Shown here in pieces: positions 36,901 through 48,800 of a stretch of 64,000 bases of DNA. The position numbers were made by a program, and so were the translations under genes. A model generated the notes under the pieces. It had not been told where the DNA came from and did not search any database. It worked only from the letters and a program-made list of their open reading frames with translations. Positions within the stretch are counted from its first letter, which is position 1, and every line of letters begins with the position of its first letter. Source of the stretch: Macrostomum lignano (Eukaryota); the NCBI GenBank assembly GCA_002269645.1, contig NIVC01000029.1, positions 558,001-622,000 of the forward strand. The letters run 5' to 3'.

Positions 36901-37400
36901 TAGGTTAGGTGGACCAGCTACTCCACAGCACTTCTAGGCGATAATCTGAGCCAGGAATCTCCGAGAGCCTCTCGTTACACATCCAGATGTTCTGCCTTGA
37001 TGCTGGACTAGCTCACTTTCTAGGAATCTGTTCTGATTGCATTCTAACAAACTGAAGCATTCTCGGCACTAAATTTTCTCGGCGGCTCTGAGAGCCAGAG
37101 CCTCAAACAGACAGAGAAATCTGTTCGAGTTGTGTCTGTAGGTTAGGTGGACCAGCTACTCCACAGCGCTTCTAGGCGATAATCTGAGCCAGGAGTCTTC
37201 GAGAGACTTTCGTTACACATCCAGATGTTCTGCCTTGATGCTGGACTAGCTCACTTTCTAGGAATCTGTTCTGATTGCATTCTAACAAACTGAAGCATTC
37301 TCGGCACTAAACTTTCTCAGCGGCTCTGAGAGCCAGAGCCTCAAACAGACAGAGAAATCTGTTCGAGTTGTGTCTGTAGGTTAGGTGGACCAGCTTCTCT
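21955..37400 (-). repeat. 15.4-kb higher-order satellite: ~238-bp monomers with 71+68-bp short-unit pairs every 3-5 monomers
   Basis: It is the diverged reverse complement of element A's long and short units. There are 16 short-unit pairs, mostly at ~850- or ~1086-bp spacing, and about 55 long monomers (estimate). Confidence 0.97.
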
Positions 37401-37460
37401 ACAGCAATTGAGTTGCAGGCCCTGCAGCTAGCTACTTTGAGATCATCAAACGAAACTCAC

Positions 37461-37600
37461 TTTTCTGGACTCGGTGTCGACGGATTTGCGAGCAGACTGA
37501 TGATTTTCACCAGGCGATGCGGCTTCTTCGATTTCGCAGTGGCTTTTTGCGACGGTGTTTTTTTAGTTTTTATTTTAGGCTTGGCGTCCTTTTTTGCGGG
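37461..37600 (-). pseudogene. Exon remnant of element B homologous to the 3' end of element A's exons (…VDTESRK|GTGAGT)
   Basis: Reverse complement of the 997-1062 and 1560-1633 segments, with the donor at 37460. The upstream part is Lys-rich and lacks the DBF4 zinc finger. Confidence 0.7.
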
Positions 37601-39142
37601 TCATCATATCTTGGTTGTAGATTACAGTTTTTGGCACAATAAATTTATATATGGATGAAACTTGGAGTAAGGATTAACATTAGACCCATTAAGTATAAAA
37701 AAACCGTTCTAATCTATACAATTGTAATCCTTTAGAGTTGTATAGTATGGATTATAAGTACTTTCTTTTAAACTGTCTGTGTCTGGTCTCACTACGCCAT
37801 GGTTTACGTGGACCACCCGCTTAGACATTATATATCCCTCTCTCCACTGTCTTACCTTCAGAACGCTTGCGGGTTTCCTATTGGCTGCGGTCGGTCCCAT
37901 TGTTGGGGTGGATCTATCCTCCTAAGTGTTAACCAGCCAATTATAGAAAGGGAGGTCTGTCTGTCTGTCTGTTCCAACCCTATACTCCTGCACATGTGTT
38001 TACGTGGACCAAACAGACAGTGAGTGTTAGGCTGACTGTTAATGCGTTCTTAGTTTTACTGGGACCGCAATCAAGTCGACCTTTTGCTAGAGAGTCAGAG
38101 ACCCGATCGCTAGCTAAAAGGCCCTTCTTAATTGCGTCCTCTTGATCAAATCTTTTGCATGTACATGTATGAATTGTCCTTTTCAATTAGGTAAATTGCA
38201 TCTTCAACTTTGCACTTGAAAGGCTGCAGCTTAGGATCTTCTTCTTCCAAAATTGGAGGAGGATAGAACAGGATATCCCATAGTGTTTAGGATAGAATTG
38301 GCAAGCACTTAATTCATGAAGTTGCTATTTTCTTCTTGTGTAATGGTAGAGCCTCAGAAATTCGCATTTACACAGTGTGGCTATCAAGGACCACTGGGAG
38401 TTCTTGAGAAGTCATTGAAGAATACTATTTAGGCTTCACTTAAATATATTTCTTGTCTCGGAGTCTTTATCGTTTGATCTGGTTAGCGAATTGGATTTCT
38501 TTACGTTGGTGTCTTACTCTGTGAGTCTGTGCTCAGAGTACGATACCGGAATTGCTGGAACTGAGCTAATTAAATGGAGTTTAAAGTTTACTGTATCAAA
38601 TTCATTTCGCATACGAGGTTTCAGAATTTTTAATTAACCTGCGCACCTACTTGAATGTCAAAGAACTGAACGCATATTGTTTTAAAGCCAGTAGCGGTCA
38701 TAATATGATGCCAACATAGCCCTTTGTTCGTAAGGTAATGATCTGTAAAAAATTCAGTTTTGCATTGAATCTATGCTTAATAACTGCTATACACAAACAG
38801 ACACAAACAGACACAAACAGACACAAACAGACGATTTTCGAAAAATTTTCTAAAATTTTTCGGTTTACGTGGACCAGACTCGCTCGGTTTAGGTAGACCA
38901 GGCTGGAGGTCCAGCTAAACTGAAATGCAAATAACTTTGGAAAAAACCATGCTAGACATCCCAAAATTGCTTAAGCCTTTCTTGACCCGCCTGACATTAA
39001 TGTGAGATCCTCATCAACGTCTTAACCCCACCAGAGACAAAATTATTTGGTGGTCCACCTAAGTGGTCTACCTACACCGGGTGGTCCAGCTAACGAGGCT
39101 ACTGAACTTCCAAAAAGTCCACGTAAACACACAGACAGTAGA

Positions 39143-39345
<203 letters not shown>

Positions 39346-39879
39346 GCAGGCAGGCAGGTATAGAAAAGCAGATATCATTAAAGGTAAGGATGGCTAATTT
39401 AATATTGCAGCTCTGCTCTGCAGAAATCTGTTTTCGTGCTCAGGTGCTCAGATGCTTACTGTAGGCATTTACTTGCAAAATTAAGAATGCTGATATTCCA
39501 CTTGCTCCTATAATTGAGGCTTCACTATTGGCCACTATTGGCCTCACTCTTTAATGAGTTCTCCACTTGAGCATTCTTTTTTCGATTAGTTAAGCTTGTT
39601 GGTGCCCTTAATGGTTTGTTCTCTTCTTCATTACCTGTGCAATGCTATCCTATGTACAGGTGGGATTTGCATGGCATACATACTTTCGCTATTAGCCTTC
39701 AAAATGTAGATCCGAAGAAGCAGATATACGATAACTATTTTTTTCCTATTGGTGTGAAAAAAATTGCCAGAAAATATAGCGAAAGTGTAATTGTAAAAAG
39801 AGCGATAGATGATGTATTTAAGAATGGCGTTAGAGGGTGTCAGAAGAAGATAATTTGAGAGTGTCAGGGAATTAAATTG

Positions 39880-40830
39880 CGGGTGTCAGGGGAAACCGAA
39901 TTGGGGATTCAGGGGAAGCTAATGGGGTGTCAGGGAAAGCTAAATGGGGTGTCAGGGGAAGCTAAATGGGGTGTCATTGGAAGCTAAATGGGGTGTCAGG
40001 GAAAGCTAAATGGGGTGTCAGGGAAAGCTAAATGGAGTGTCAGGGAAAGCTAAATGGGGTGTCAGGGAAAGCTAAATGGAGTGTCAGGGAAAGCTAAATG
40101 GGGTGTCAGGGGAAGCTAAATGGAGTGTCAGGGGAAGCTAAATGGAGTGTCAGGGAAAGCTAAATGGGGTGTCAGGGGAAGCTAAATGGGGTGTCAGGGG
40201 AAGCTAAATGGGGTGTCAGGGGAAGCTAAATGGGGTGTCAGGGGAAGCTAAATGGGGTGTCAGGGGAAGCTAAATGGGGTGTCAGGGGAAGCTAAATGGG
40301 GTGTCAGGGGAAGCTAAATGGGGTGTCAGGGGAAGCTAAATGGGGTGTCAGGGGAAGCTAAATGGGGTGTCAGGGGAAGCTAAATGGGGTGTCAGGGGAA
40401 GCTAAATGGGGTGTCAGGGGAAGCTAAATGGGGTGTCAGGGGAAGCTAAATGGGGTTTCAGGGGAAGCTAAATGGGGTGTCAGGGGAAGCTAAATGGGGT
40501 TTCAGGGGAAGCTAACATGGGGTGTCAGGGGAAGCTAAATGGAGTGTCAGGGGAAGCTAAATTGGGGTGTCAGGGAAAGCTGGTGTCAGGGAAAGCTAAA
40601 TGGGGCGTCATTGGAAGCTAAATGGGGTGTCAGGGAAAGCTAAATGGGGTGTCAGGGGAAGCTAAATAGGGTGTCAGGGAAAGCTAAATGGGGTGTCAGG
40701 GGAAGCTAAATGGGGTGTCATTGGAAGCTAAATGGAGTGTCAGGGGAAGCTAAATGGAGTGTCAGGGGAAGCTAATGTAAATAGGGTGTCAGGGAAGCTA
40801 AATGGGATGTCAGGGGAAGCTAAATGGCTT
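39880..40830. repeat. 22-bp G-rich minisatellite (GGGGTGTCAGGGGAAGCTAAAT)
   Basis: Tandem array. Confidence 0.95.
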
Positions 40831-41094
40831 GGGGTTTATTAATCATAATTTCTAATACAGAAATGAGTCATCACATTCACATGTAAATCTTTAGGTAAAT
40901 GTAGTTTGGTTTCCATGGTAGACATGGTAGACAAAGATAGTAGTGGGTGTATATTTATATGAGCAAATATATACGCCCGTAAAAGAGCACATGGACTGAC
41001 TCTAGGAGGAAAGGTAAACATACACATGCAGATAGTGGAATGCGCAGTACGTTTTGTGTAAAAATTAAATAATACATGCTTTATTAAGTAAATA

Positions 41095-41239
41095 ATAAAC
41101 GCCGTTTAATTCACATTCTGTGGTTAGAATGTCCGAGGCTGCGTTTAATGGTCTCGAGGCAAGCGTAGCGAGCGGAGGACCATTGATTGTAGCCGAGGAT
41201 ATTCTAACCATAGACTATGATGAATTAAACGGCGTTTAT
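41095..41239. mobile_element. 145-bp palindromic MITE-like element
   Basis: Perfect 19-bp terminal inverted repeat ATAAACGCCGTTTAATTCA / TGAATTAAACGGCGTTTAT. The interior is also partly self-complementary (TGGTTAGAAT..ATTCTAACCA; AATGGTC..GACCATT). Confidence 0.6.
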
Positions 41240-42118
41240 CATATATTAAATTCGATTGCTCCTGATTTCGAGGAGATTATATGATATAATATCCTAGTTT
41301 TTGTTAAAAATTACCACAGACAACACATTCCCGGCTCAGAATAGTACAATTTTTTAACGATTAAATAAGCAATCGTATTTTATATCACGCCACACCACCA
41401 GCAAACGTACGCACTACGCAGTGCGTTAGCTAAGTCTGTGCTAGTTGCTAAACTAAGGCAGTTACTGTTTCACAATTTAACAAGTGCTTAATGCTTATTC
41501 AGCAAACTAATTCGACAGTCCACTTGGTAAACTCTTTTTCTAGCTCTATCTTCTATTAAATTGAGCGTTGTTTGAAAGTTTGTTTGAGAAAATTGTCAAG
41601 GAGTTTAGTAGGACTACTAAACGAAAGGAAAAAACTAAAAAATTCTAATTCTAACCTCTCTTAGGCGTCGTACAAAATTGGCTGTACGAAATGAATAAGC
41701 GCGTGGTATGATGCACGTTTACGAATTACGATCATGCGAACTCCGAACTACAACTACAACAAGTTCGTCAATCTTGCACACACAAAAGCCCTTTCAATGG
41801 CGTGAGTGGAAAGAGTGCGGCGTACTAAAGATGGTGTTTTTAACCGTTTGTTCGCTGGCGAGAGAAAACTGGTGCGAACCTCTCCACACACCGATGGAGG
41901 GGGAATCCCTTGCGAAGTGGGGCCTGCACGCTCCGCTCGTTTGCTGGGGGTTCCCTCAAAGTTCGCGAGAACCTCAAAATGGAACGAGATGAGGGGGTGG
42001 TGGCGTGGTTGGTCTATGCAATGGACAGAATCGCGGGCCGCTGAAAAATGGTTCCACCGCCTACCCAAGGACGTTTATTTTGTTCGTTCATCTTATTCAT
42101 CCAATAGATAGTGGAGGA

Positions 42119-42144
42119 CATAGATAAAGTATACTTTATCTATG
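42119..42144. mobile_element. 26-bp perfect palindrome with 8-bp target-site duplication (minimal hAT-type remnant or footprint)
   Basis: CATAGATAAAGTA|TACTTTATCTATG flanked on both sides by GTGGAGGA (42111-42118, 42145-42152). Confidence 0.65.
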
Positions 42145-42810
42145 GTGGAGGACCCCATATTCACTCCCCCGATGCCCCCAATTGGACAGGGCCCACAACC
42201 CCCGGGGCGGTCCATTCACTAGTTGGACTTAAATGTACAGTGGGCTCAGAGCTTGTGAGAGGCTATGCATGACGTGTTCGTTTTTTTACAGGGCCATAAG
42301 AGAGGGTGTGTGCTTCTAATATATGGGAATACAGCATAATAAAACCAGCGCCTGTCTGAATCTGCTTTTTCTTCTTTCTGGCACTGTTCTAAATAAGCAA
42401 CCGGCTAAGAGAGAGACAGACAGACACAGACAGGAGAAAAATTTCCATTGAAGAGACGGCGGCGCTGGCAACAACAACACTCGGCTTAAGACCAAGCCAT
42501 TCAGTGATTCACTCTGCTGGCGTGATGCCGTGATCTATAACTAAAGCTTTTACGATATTTTAAAACCTTAACTTCAAAGTTCGCGCTTTTCTATAACTAA
42601 GCTTTGGTCCTCCCGGCAGTCGTCACTGAAGCGCTGCCTTGTCTGCCAGTTAAATGGCTAGTAATTGCTAACAAAGAATACTATTTAGGCCCTTTTGTAT
42701 TTGCATTTAGTTGATATCTTTACAAAAATCTTATCCAAATCTTAGTTACGGAATTACTTATTATGTTTTTGTTTTACTGACTTACTGACTTAAGTAATAC
42801 AAGTATATTT

Positions 42811-45800
42811 ATGGACAAAATGAGACAGAATCAGAAGTTAAACTCGGAATCTGATTTAAAAGTGCCCGTTCAATATGAGAATAAAAAATTATCAGACGTC
42901 GAGGGCGAGGTAAGCTGTTCTGTTAAATTAAAATTTAATTTTGTTATCGTTTTCGCTTGTCTTGTGCAATGTGTGGTCTTGTGTCGTTTTATCTTTACCT
43001 TATTGTGGTTTCAGTCTCAGATTGGTGGCCAGTTTCAGTTTAGAGAAATTAGAGAAATTACTATCGATAGCACCGGATTTAATTAATCTAAGTTAACGAC
43101 AGAGATAAACTATAAACAGTCTAAACTTGCTGAAATGCTTCAACAGAGCTTATTGGGTTAAAATTAAATTGTTTCTTATCAGGCTTCAGTCAGATATAGA
43201 TGTTAAAGTTGAGTTGAGTTGATTTTGAGTTGGCGCCAATACTAATTCATTTGACCATACGCCACTTCATTTTGATTTGGCGCCAATTCCTTTGACTGTG
43301 CGCCACTTCATTTTGATTTGGCGCCAATTCCTTTGACTGTGCGCCACTTCATTTTGATTTGGCGCCCAGGGTTTTTTTTTGTGCGCAGAGTGTGCGTATG
43401 CACCCTAAATTTTAAAATCGCACCCTGAAATTAAAAAAGTAGGTGCGGTTTAGGTGCGGTCTTATAACCATTTTTCTTTAAAGGCTTAACCATGCTTAAG
43501 CTATTTTTTATGCACTGCCTTAAAATATGAAACAAAATAACTCTTTAAATCCTATTAAGTCATATAGGCGATATAGCCTATAGCTATAGCCTTATGTAAG
43601 ATATTAAAATATACATTCCCAGTTGTCTGAAATGTGAGCAATGTGAGGGTTTCACGAGAGATATTCAGACAAAGGCTCCCTAAAACACGCCCCGCACCGG
43701 GCCCCGAACTGCTACACATTATAACATTTTTTGTCAATGCAGTATTTGATTGCAAGGAAAAGTTAAAATAGTAATGGAATAAATATCTTTATTTATTTTT
43801 TTAAATATTATTATTTTTTATATTCTCGTTTTCATTATTAAATTATAATATTATTATTTTATTAATATTATTATTAATATGACTTATTGTTCACCGAATT
43901 TTATATTTCAAAGTAAAAAAAACTAAATTTAATAAAAACTTGAAGCTTAACAGAAAATGCATTCTGAAGTGTCTTTAGTTATAGTCCAATTTGTTTTAAT
44001 GTGTAGCGCTGCAGGGCGGTGCGGGGCGTGTTTTAGGGAGACCCATTCAGACAGACATTCAAAATGATTGTCTGTAACTTCAGACAAAATTGACCCGCTT
44101 CAACCATCTTTTTGGCAAATACTTACGCAAGTGTTGGGTGTCGAATAAGCTTTAATTTATTAACTGAAGTAAAAATCCTTCTGACATACATTGATTTAAA
44201 AATTGCTTAGCAACACTAGCTCTGATTAGAAATCGCTTTACTGTTGACTAAAATTGTTTTGATCGTAGCAGCCTAAAAGCAGATACTGGATTTAAAAATG
44301 CTTCGATTTACTCTATACGCATGTCTCAGCTTTAAAATGACACCTCAGGCGTCGCAAAAGACAGCTTTGATGCTGAGATATTCAACACTAAACATGCATT
44401 GCTTTGCGCAATCTCACATTCAGAAATTTCACTGATTTTTTGTCGATATTTGTGCAGTTGCCATGTCCTTGTTTTTCATCAGAATCTTGTCAAATTCTAG
44501 TCATGTCTATACGCATGTCTCAGCTTTAAAATGACACCTCAGGCATTGCAAAAGACAGCTTTGATGCTGAGATATTCGACACTAAACATTGCTTTGCTCA
44601 AACTCACATTCGGAAACTTCACTGATTTTTATTCAATATTTGTTCAGATGCTTGTCTACTTCTCCATTTATTAACCATCGCATGGAGCCTTGCTAACGTA
44701 CAAGTGTATGTAGTTACAGTAAATGGGGTTTTTGTGACTCACTTAAACTTGTTTACGCATTCTACAGCTATTCGCTGCCTTTCATTGGAGTGATTCATGG
44801 AGTCCAGTTGATAAATTTCCACAAATTGGACTGCTTCTACGTCAGATCTCAACATTTGGAACCGTCCTTGAACTATTTCAGAGTTAAGTGAGCTAATGGC
44901 ATCAAATGGAAGGCTAGTGCTCGTACTTGTAAGCAAAGCAGGTTCACAATTGAAATGGTTGTATTCATGGCCATGGGATCTAAACTGATCTGTTTTACTT
45001 TCACGATCGCTTTGGTCTCAGAAGGAGCAGCAGTTGATGGACTGAGGTGAGAAGATGTGTCACGACTTGAGCTGTTTTTAGAAAATATCTTTATCCAATT
45101 AAATATTTTCATGCGGCTCCATAGGTTGTTCCGAATTCCGAGTCTAGAAGTCAAGACAGAAAAAAAGTTAAGAACTGCTACTGTAGTCCGTAGGGATTGG
45201 AAAGCTTAGCAGTACATTAGAAATCACCTGTTCAATCTAAAAAGTTTGAAGTACATATAGCTATTGGGTTGCAACAACAGTAGAAAAAATTCTTCCTTTT
45301 TATTTTATTCCCACCGCTTACCTCATTCCGATTTGGATAGCAGAATTGCCACGCAAAAAAAGTAAAAACATAACAATAAACTATTTGCTTCATATTAATT
45401 GCCACTGACTGTTAATAAACGCGACGTCAATTTCTCTCAAAAACAGTTGGAACATGTTTCTTGTACACTCGTATATTTATTTGAACCGCAAAGTGGTGAA
45501 AAAGTCATGATTGGTTGCCATATGTACAAATGTACACTCACAGACTCACTGACTCAGGTACAATCTATGCAATATAAAGGCAGGAATCATTAAAAATCAA
45601 ATACTTAAGACAGTTTAAGAGAAGTCCAGGTTTAAACTGGACATGACTAGAATTTGACAAGTTTCTAATGAAAAACAAGGACACGGCAGCTGCACAAATA
45701 TCAACAAAAAATCAGTGAAATTTCTGAATGTGAGATTGCGCAAAGCAATGCATGTTTAGTGTCGAATATCTCAGCATCAAAGCTGTCTTTTGCGACGCCT

Positions 45801-48800
45801 GAGGTGTCATTTTAAAGCTGAGACATGCGTATAGAGTAAATCGAAGCATTTTTAAATCCAGTATCTGCTTTTAGGCTGCTACGATCAAAACAATTTTAGT
45901 CAACAGTAAAGCGATTTCTAATCAGAGCTAGTGTTGCTAAGCAATTTTTAAATCAATGTATGTCAGAAGGATTTTTACTTCAGTTAATAAATTAAAGCTT
46001 ATTCGACTCGACGCCCAACACTTGCGTAAGTATTTGCCAAAAAGATGGTTGAAGCGGGTCAATTTTGTTTAAAGTTACAGACGATCGTTTCGAATGTCTG
46101 TCTGAATATCTCTCATGAAACCCTCACATTCTAAACAAGACTCAAGAGAAATTGCACTCTGAGCCTTAAAATCGCACCTTGAAATTTGGCACAAGGTGCG
46201 ATTTCGCACCTTATCTCTGGCGAAAAAAAAACCCAGTTGGCGCCAATTCCTTTGACTATGCGCCACTTCATTTTGAGTTGGCGCTAATTCATTTGACTAT
46301 GCGCCACTTCATTTTGAGTTGGCGCTAATTCATTTGACTATGAACCAGTTTCATTTGTTGGCTTCTAGTCAAAGTTCATTAGTTGTGGCGCCAGAACCGT
46401 GGCCGCTAGCAAGTCGCGCCAAATCTCATGAACTATCATCAATGCGACTTACTGCAAGGGGGGGTGCAGCCCACCGAGGCTGCTTAATTGAATTTTCGTT
46501 TTCCCAACTCACACTCATCTCCCCGAACTCGAACTCAGGCGGACAGCGATGAAGACAACAGGCGTCAGTTAGCGCAGCCTCCTCGCCTCTCTGTCTGTCG
46601 AAAAATCCTTTTCGGACTGGCCGCCCCGCCGCTACAGATGACTAGCAATATTTGCGGCTTCTTTTTCAGCATCTTCCTACTAGAAGTAGTGAAAATGTCG
46701 CCAGTCTACGTGTCAATTATCACATTCTCTGGTCGAGCCTGGGACGCCATAACCGACCCGCTGGTTGGTCAGCTGGTGTTTCGCACAGACACGCGGCTGG
46801 GCCGAACCAAGCCTTGGCTGATTGGGGCCAGCCTGATGGGCCCAGTTTCATTCTTTCTGATGTGGATCGGTCTGCCAGCCATCAATGTTGATGGCGATGA
46901 GAGCAAAAATGTGCAGACATTTTTCTACTATTTTGCCTGCTATTTGGCCTATTGTGCCATGATTACGGTGAGGAAATCATATATTGACATTTGACAATAA
47001 GTTTAAGGCAGGGTTTTTTTCGCTGACTGGCGCTAGGATGCGAGATTGCATCGAAGGTCCAATTTCAAAGTGATGATGTGAAGCATCCTCATTGCATAAT
47101 CTAGTTTGAGGCGATTTTAAATATCAGGGAGGCCAGATTGGGTGTCAGAGGAGTTTTATGGCGTGTCAGGTGGTTAGATTGGGTGTCAGAGGAGTTTTAT
47201 GGCGTGTCAGGTGGTCAGATTGGGTGTCAGAGGAGTTTTATGGGGTGTCAGATGCTCAGATTGGGTGTCAGAGGAGTTTTATGGCGTGTCAGGTGGTCAG
47301 ATTGGGTGTCAGGGGAGTTTTATGGCGTGTCAGGTGGTCAGATTGGGTGTCAGAGGAGTTTTATGGCGTGTCAGGTGGTCAGATTGGGTGTCAGAGGAGT
47401 TTTATGGCGTGTCAGGTGGTCAGATTGGGTGTCAGAGGAGTTTTATGACGTGTCAGGTGGTCAGATTGGGTGTCAGAGGAGTTTTATGACGTGTCAGGTG
47501 GTCAGATTGGGTGTCAGGGGAGTTTTATGGCGTGTCAGGTGGTCAGATTGGGTGTCAGAGGAGTTTTATGGCGCCCTATAGGAAAAAGTTGTAAAACCGT
47601 GGACGGTGTCCGGCGCACTTTTGAAATTTTTCTAAAGTGCAGCGCGCGCACAGGCGCATCGCCTGCGCGCGCGCTGCCCTTTCTTACTGGCTGCTGTTCT
47701 AGCAAATACATATACATGGAAATGGGTATAATACCTCTGTTGAAGGGGCTTATACACTCGTAATTTATTAAGCTTAGAGATGTTCCAAAAATTCAATTTC
47801 AATTTTCCAAATTTTTTTAGAGCGAATTTCAATTTCGAAAAAAATTTAGAAGTGAAAATTTTGGTAGTGTCTAAAAAGTCGCTAAAAATAAACTAATTTC
47901 TACTACATATACATGTATTACTTTTTGGCTAAGCAGTAAATTGAAAGTAAAAAAGTAAGTGTTAATCATACTAAACTTTGTTTTTCTGAATTATGATTTC
48001 GGGAAATTTCAATTTTGATTTTGGAAAGTTAGCGAATTTTGATTTCGACGAAACTGCAGATCTTTCGGAACATCTCTCTAATAATCCTAAAGCGCGGTAA
48101 AATAGTTTGACTCTTTTCTAAAGCGCGCGTCCGCGGGTTTTTAACATTTATTCCATAGTATGGCGTGTCAGGTGGTCAGATTGGGTGTCAGAGGAGTTTT
48201 ATGGCGTGTCAGGTGGCCAGATTGGGTATTAGAGGAGTCGTATGGGGTGTCAATGTTAGGTGGTAAAATTGGGTATGTTAGGGCTGCATATTTCAGTGTT
48301 TCAATGGTCAGAGGTGTCAATATGGCTTATTATTCGAAACTGTCAAAGTTACATGTAATTCATAGTTCAGACGATCCAAAAGCATTACTACATTTTTGTA
48401 GACAATAGCTACAATCCAGTGTTTTTCCACACCTTAACAGTGCTACCACGTGCCCTACACCTCGTCAACCGTGCTCATATCAAATAATCCCAGCGACAAA
48501 GACGGCGCCACAGCCTCTAGAATCGGTTTCGAACTGATCTTCACCATCATTGGCAGCGGAGTTTTTGGCGTAATTATCAGTTCGAAACGAGTCAACGAGA
48601 AATGTCAGGCAGGTGGCCTGAAGCCCAACTTCACTGAGGAACAGCTGTTCCAAGAGGTAATTCGAAGATTAGGGTTGTGAAGATTCGGGTTTGTGAAGAT
48701 TATAGTTTGTGAAGATTAGGGTTCGTGAAGATTCGGGTTTGTGAAGATTAGAGTTTGTGAAGATTAGGGTTTGTGAAGATTAGGGTTCGTGAAGATTCGG

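Noticed and set aside
38200-38700. Possible degenerate coding sequence on the minus strand in B's 5' region
   Set aside because: Only short stop-interrupted fragments with no recognisable domain.
41708-42111. Overlapping ~100-aa ORFs, one containing HTDG (RNase H-like start)
   Set aside because: No further RNase H or RT motifs and no splice support.
44739-45154. ORFs inside the hAT-like element as a transposase remnant
   Set aside because: No DDE, BED or hAT dimerisation motif was recognised.
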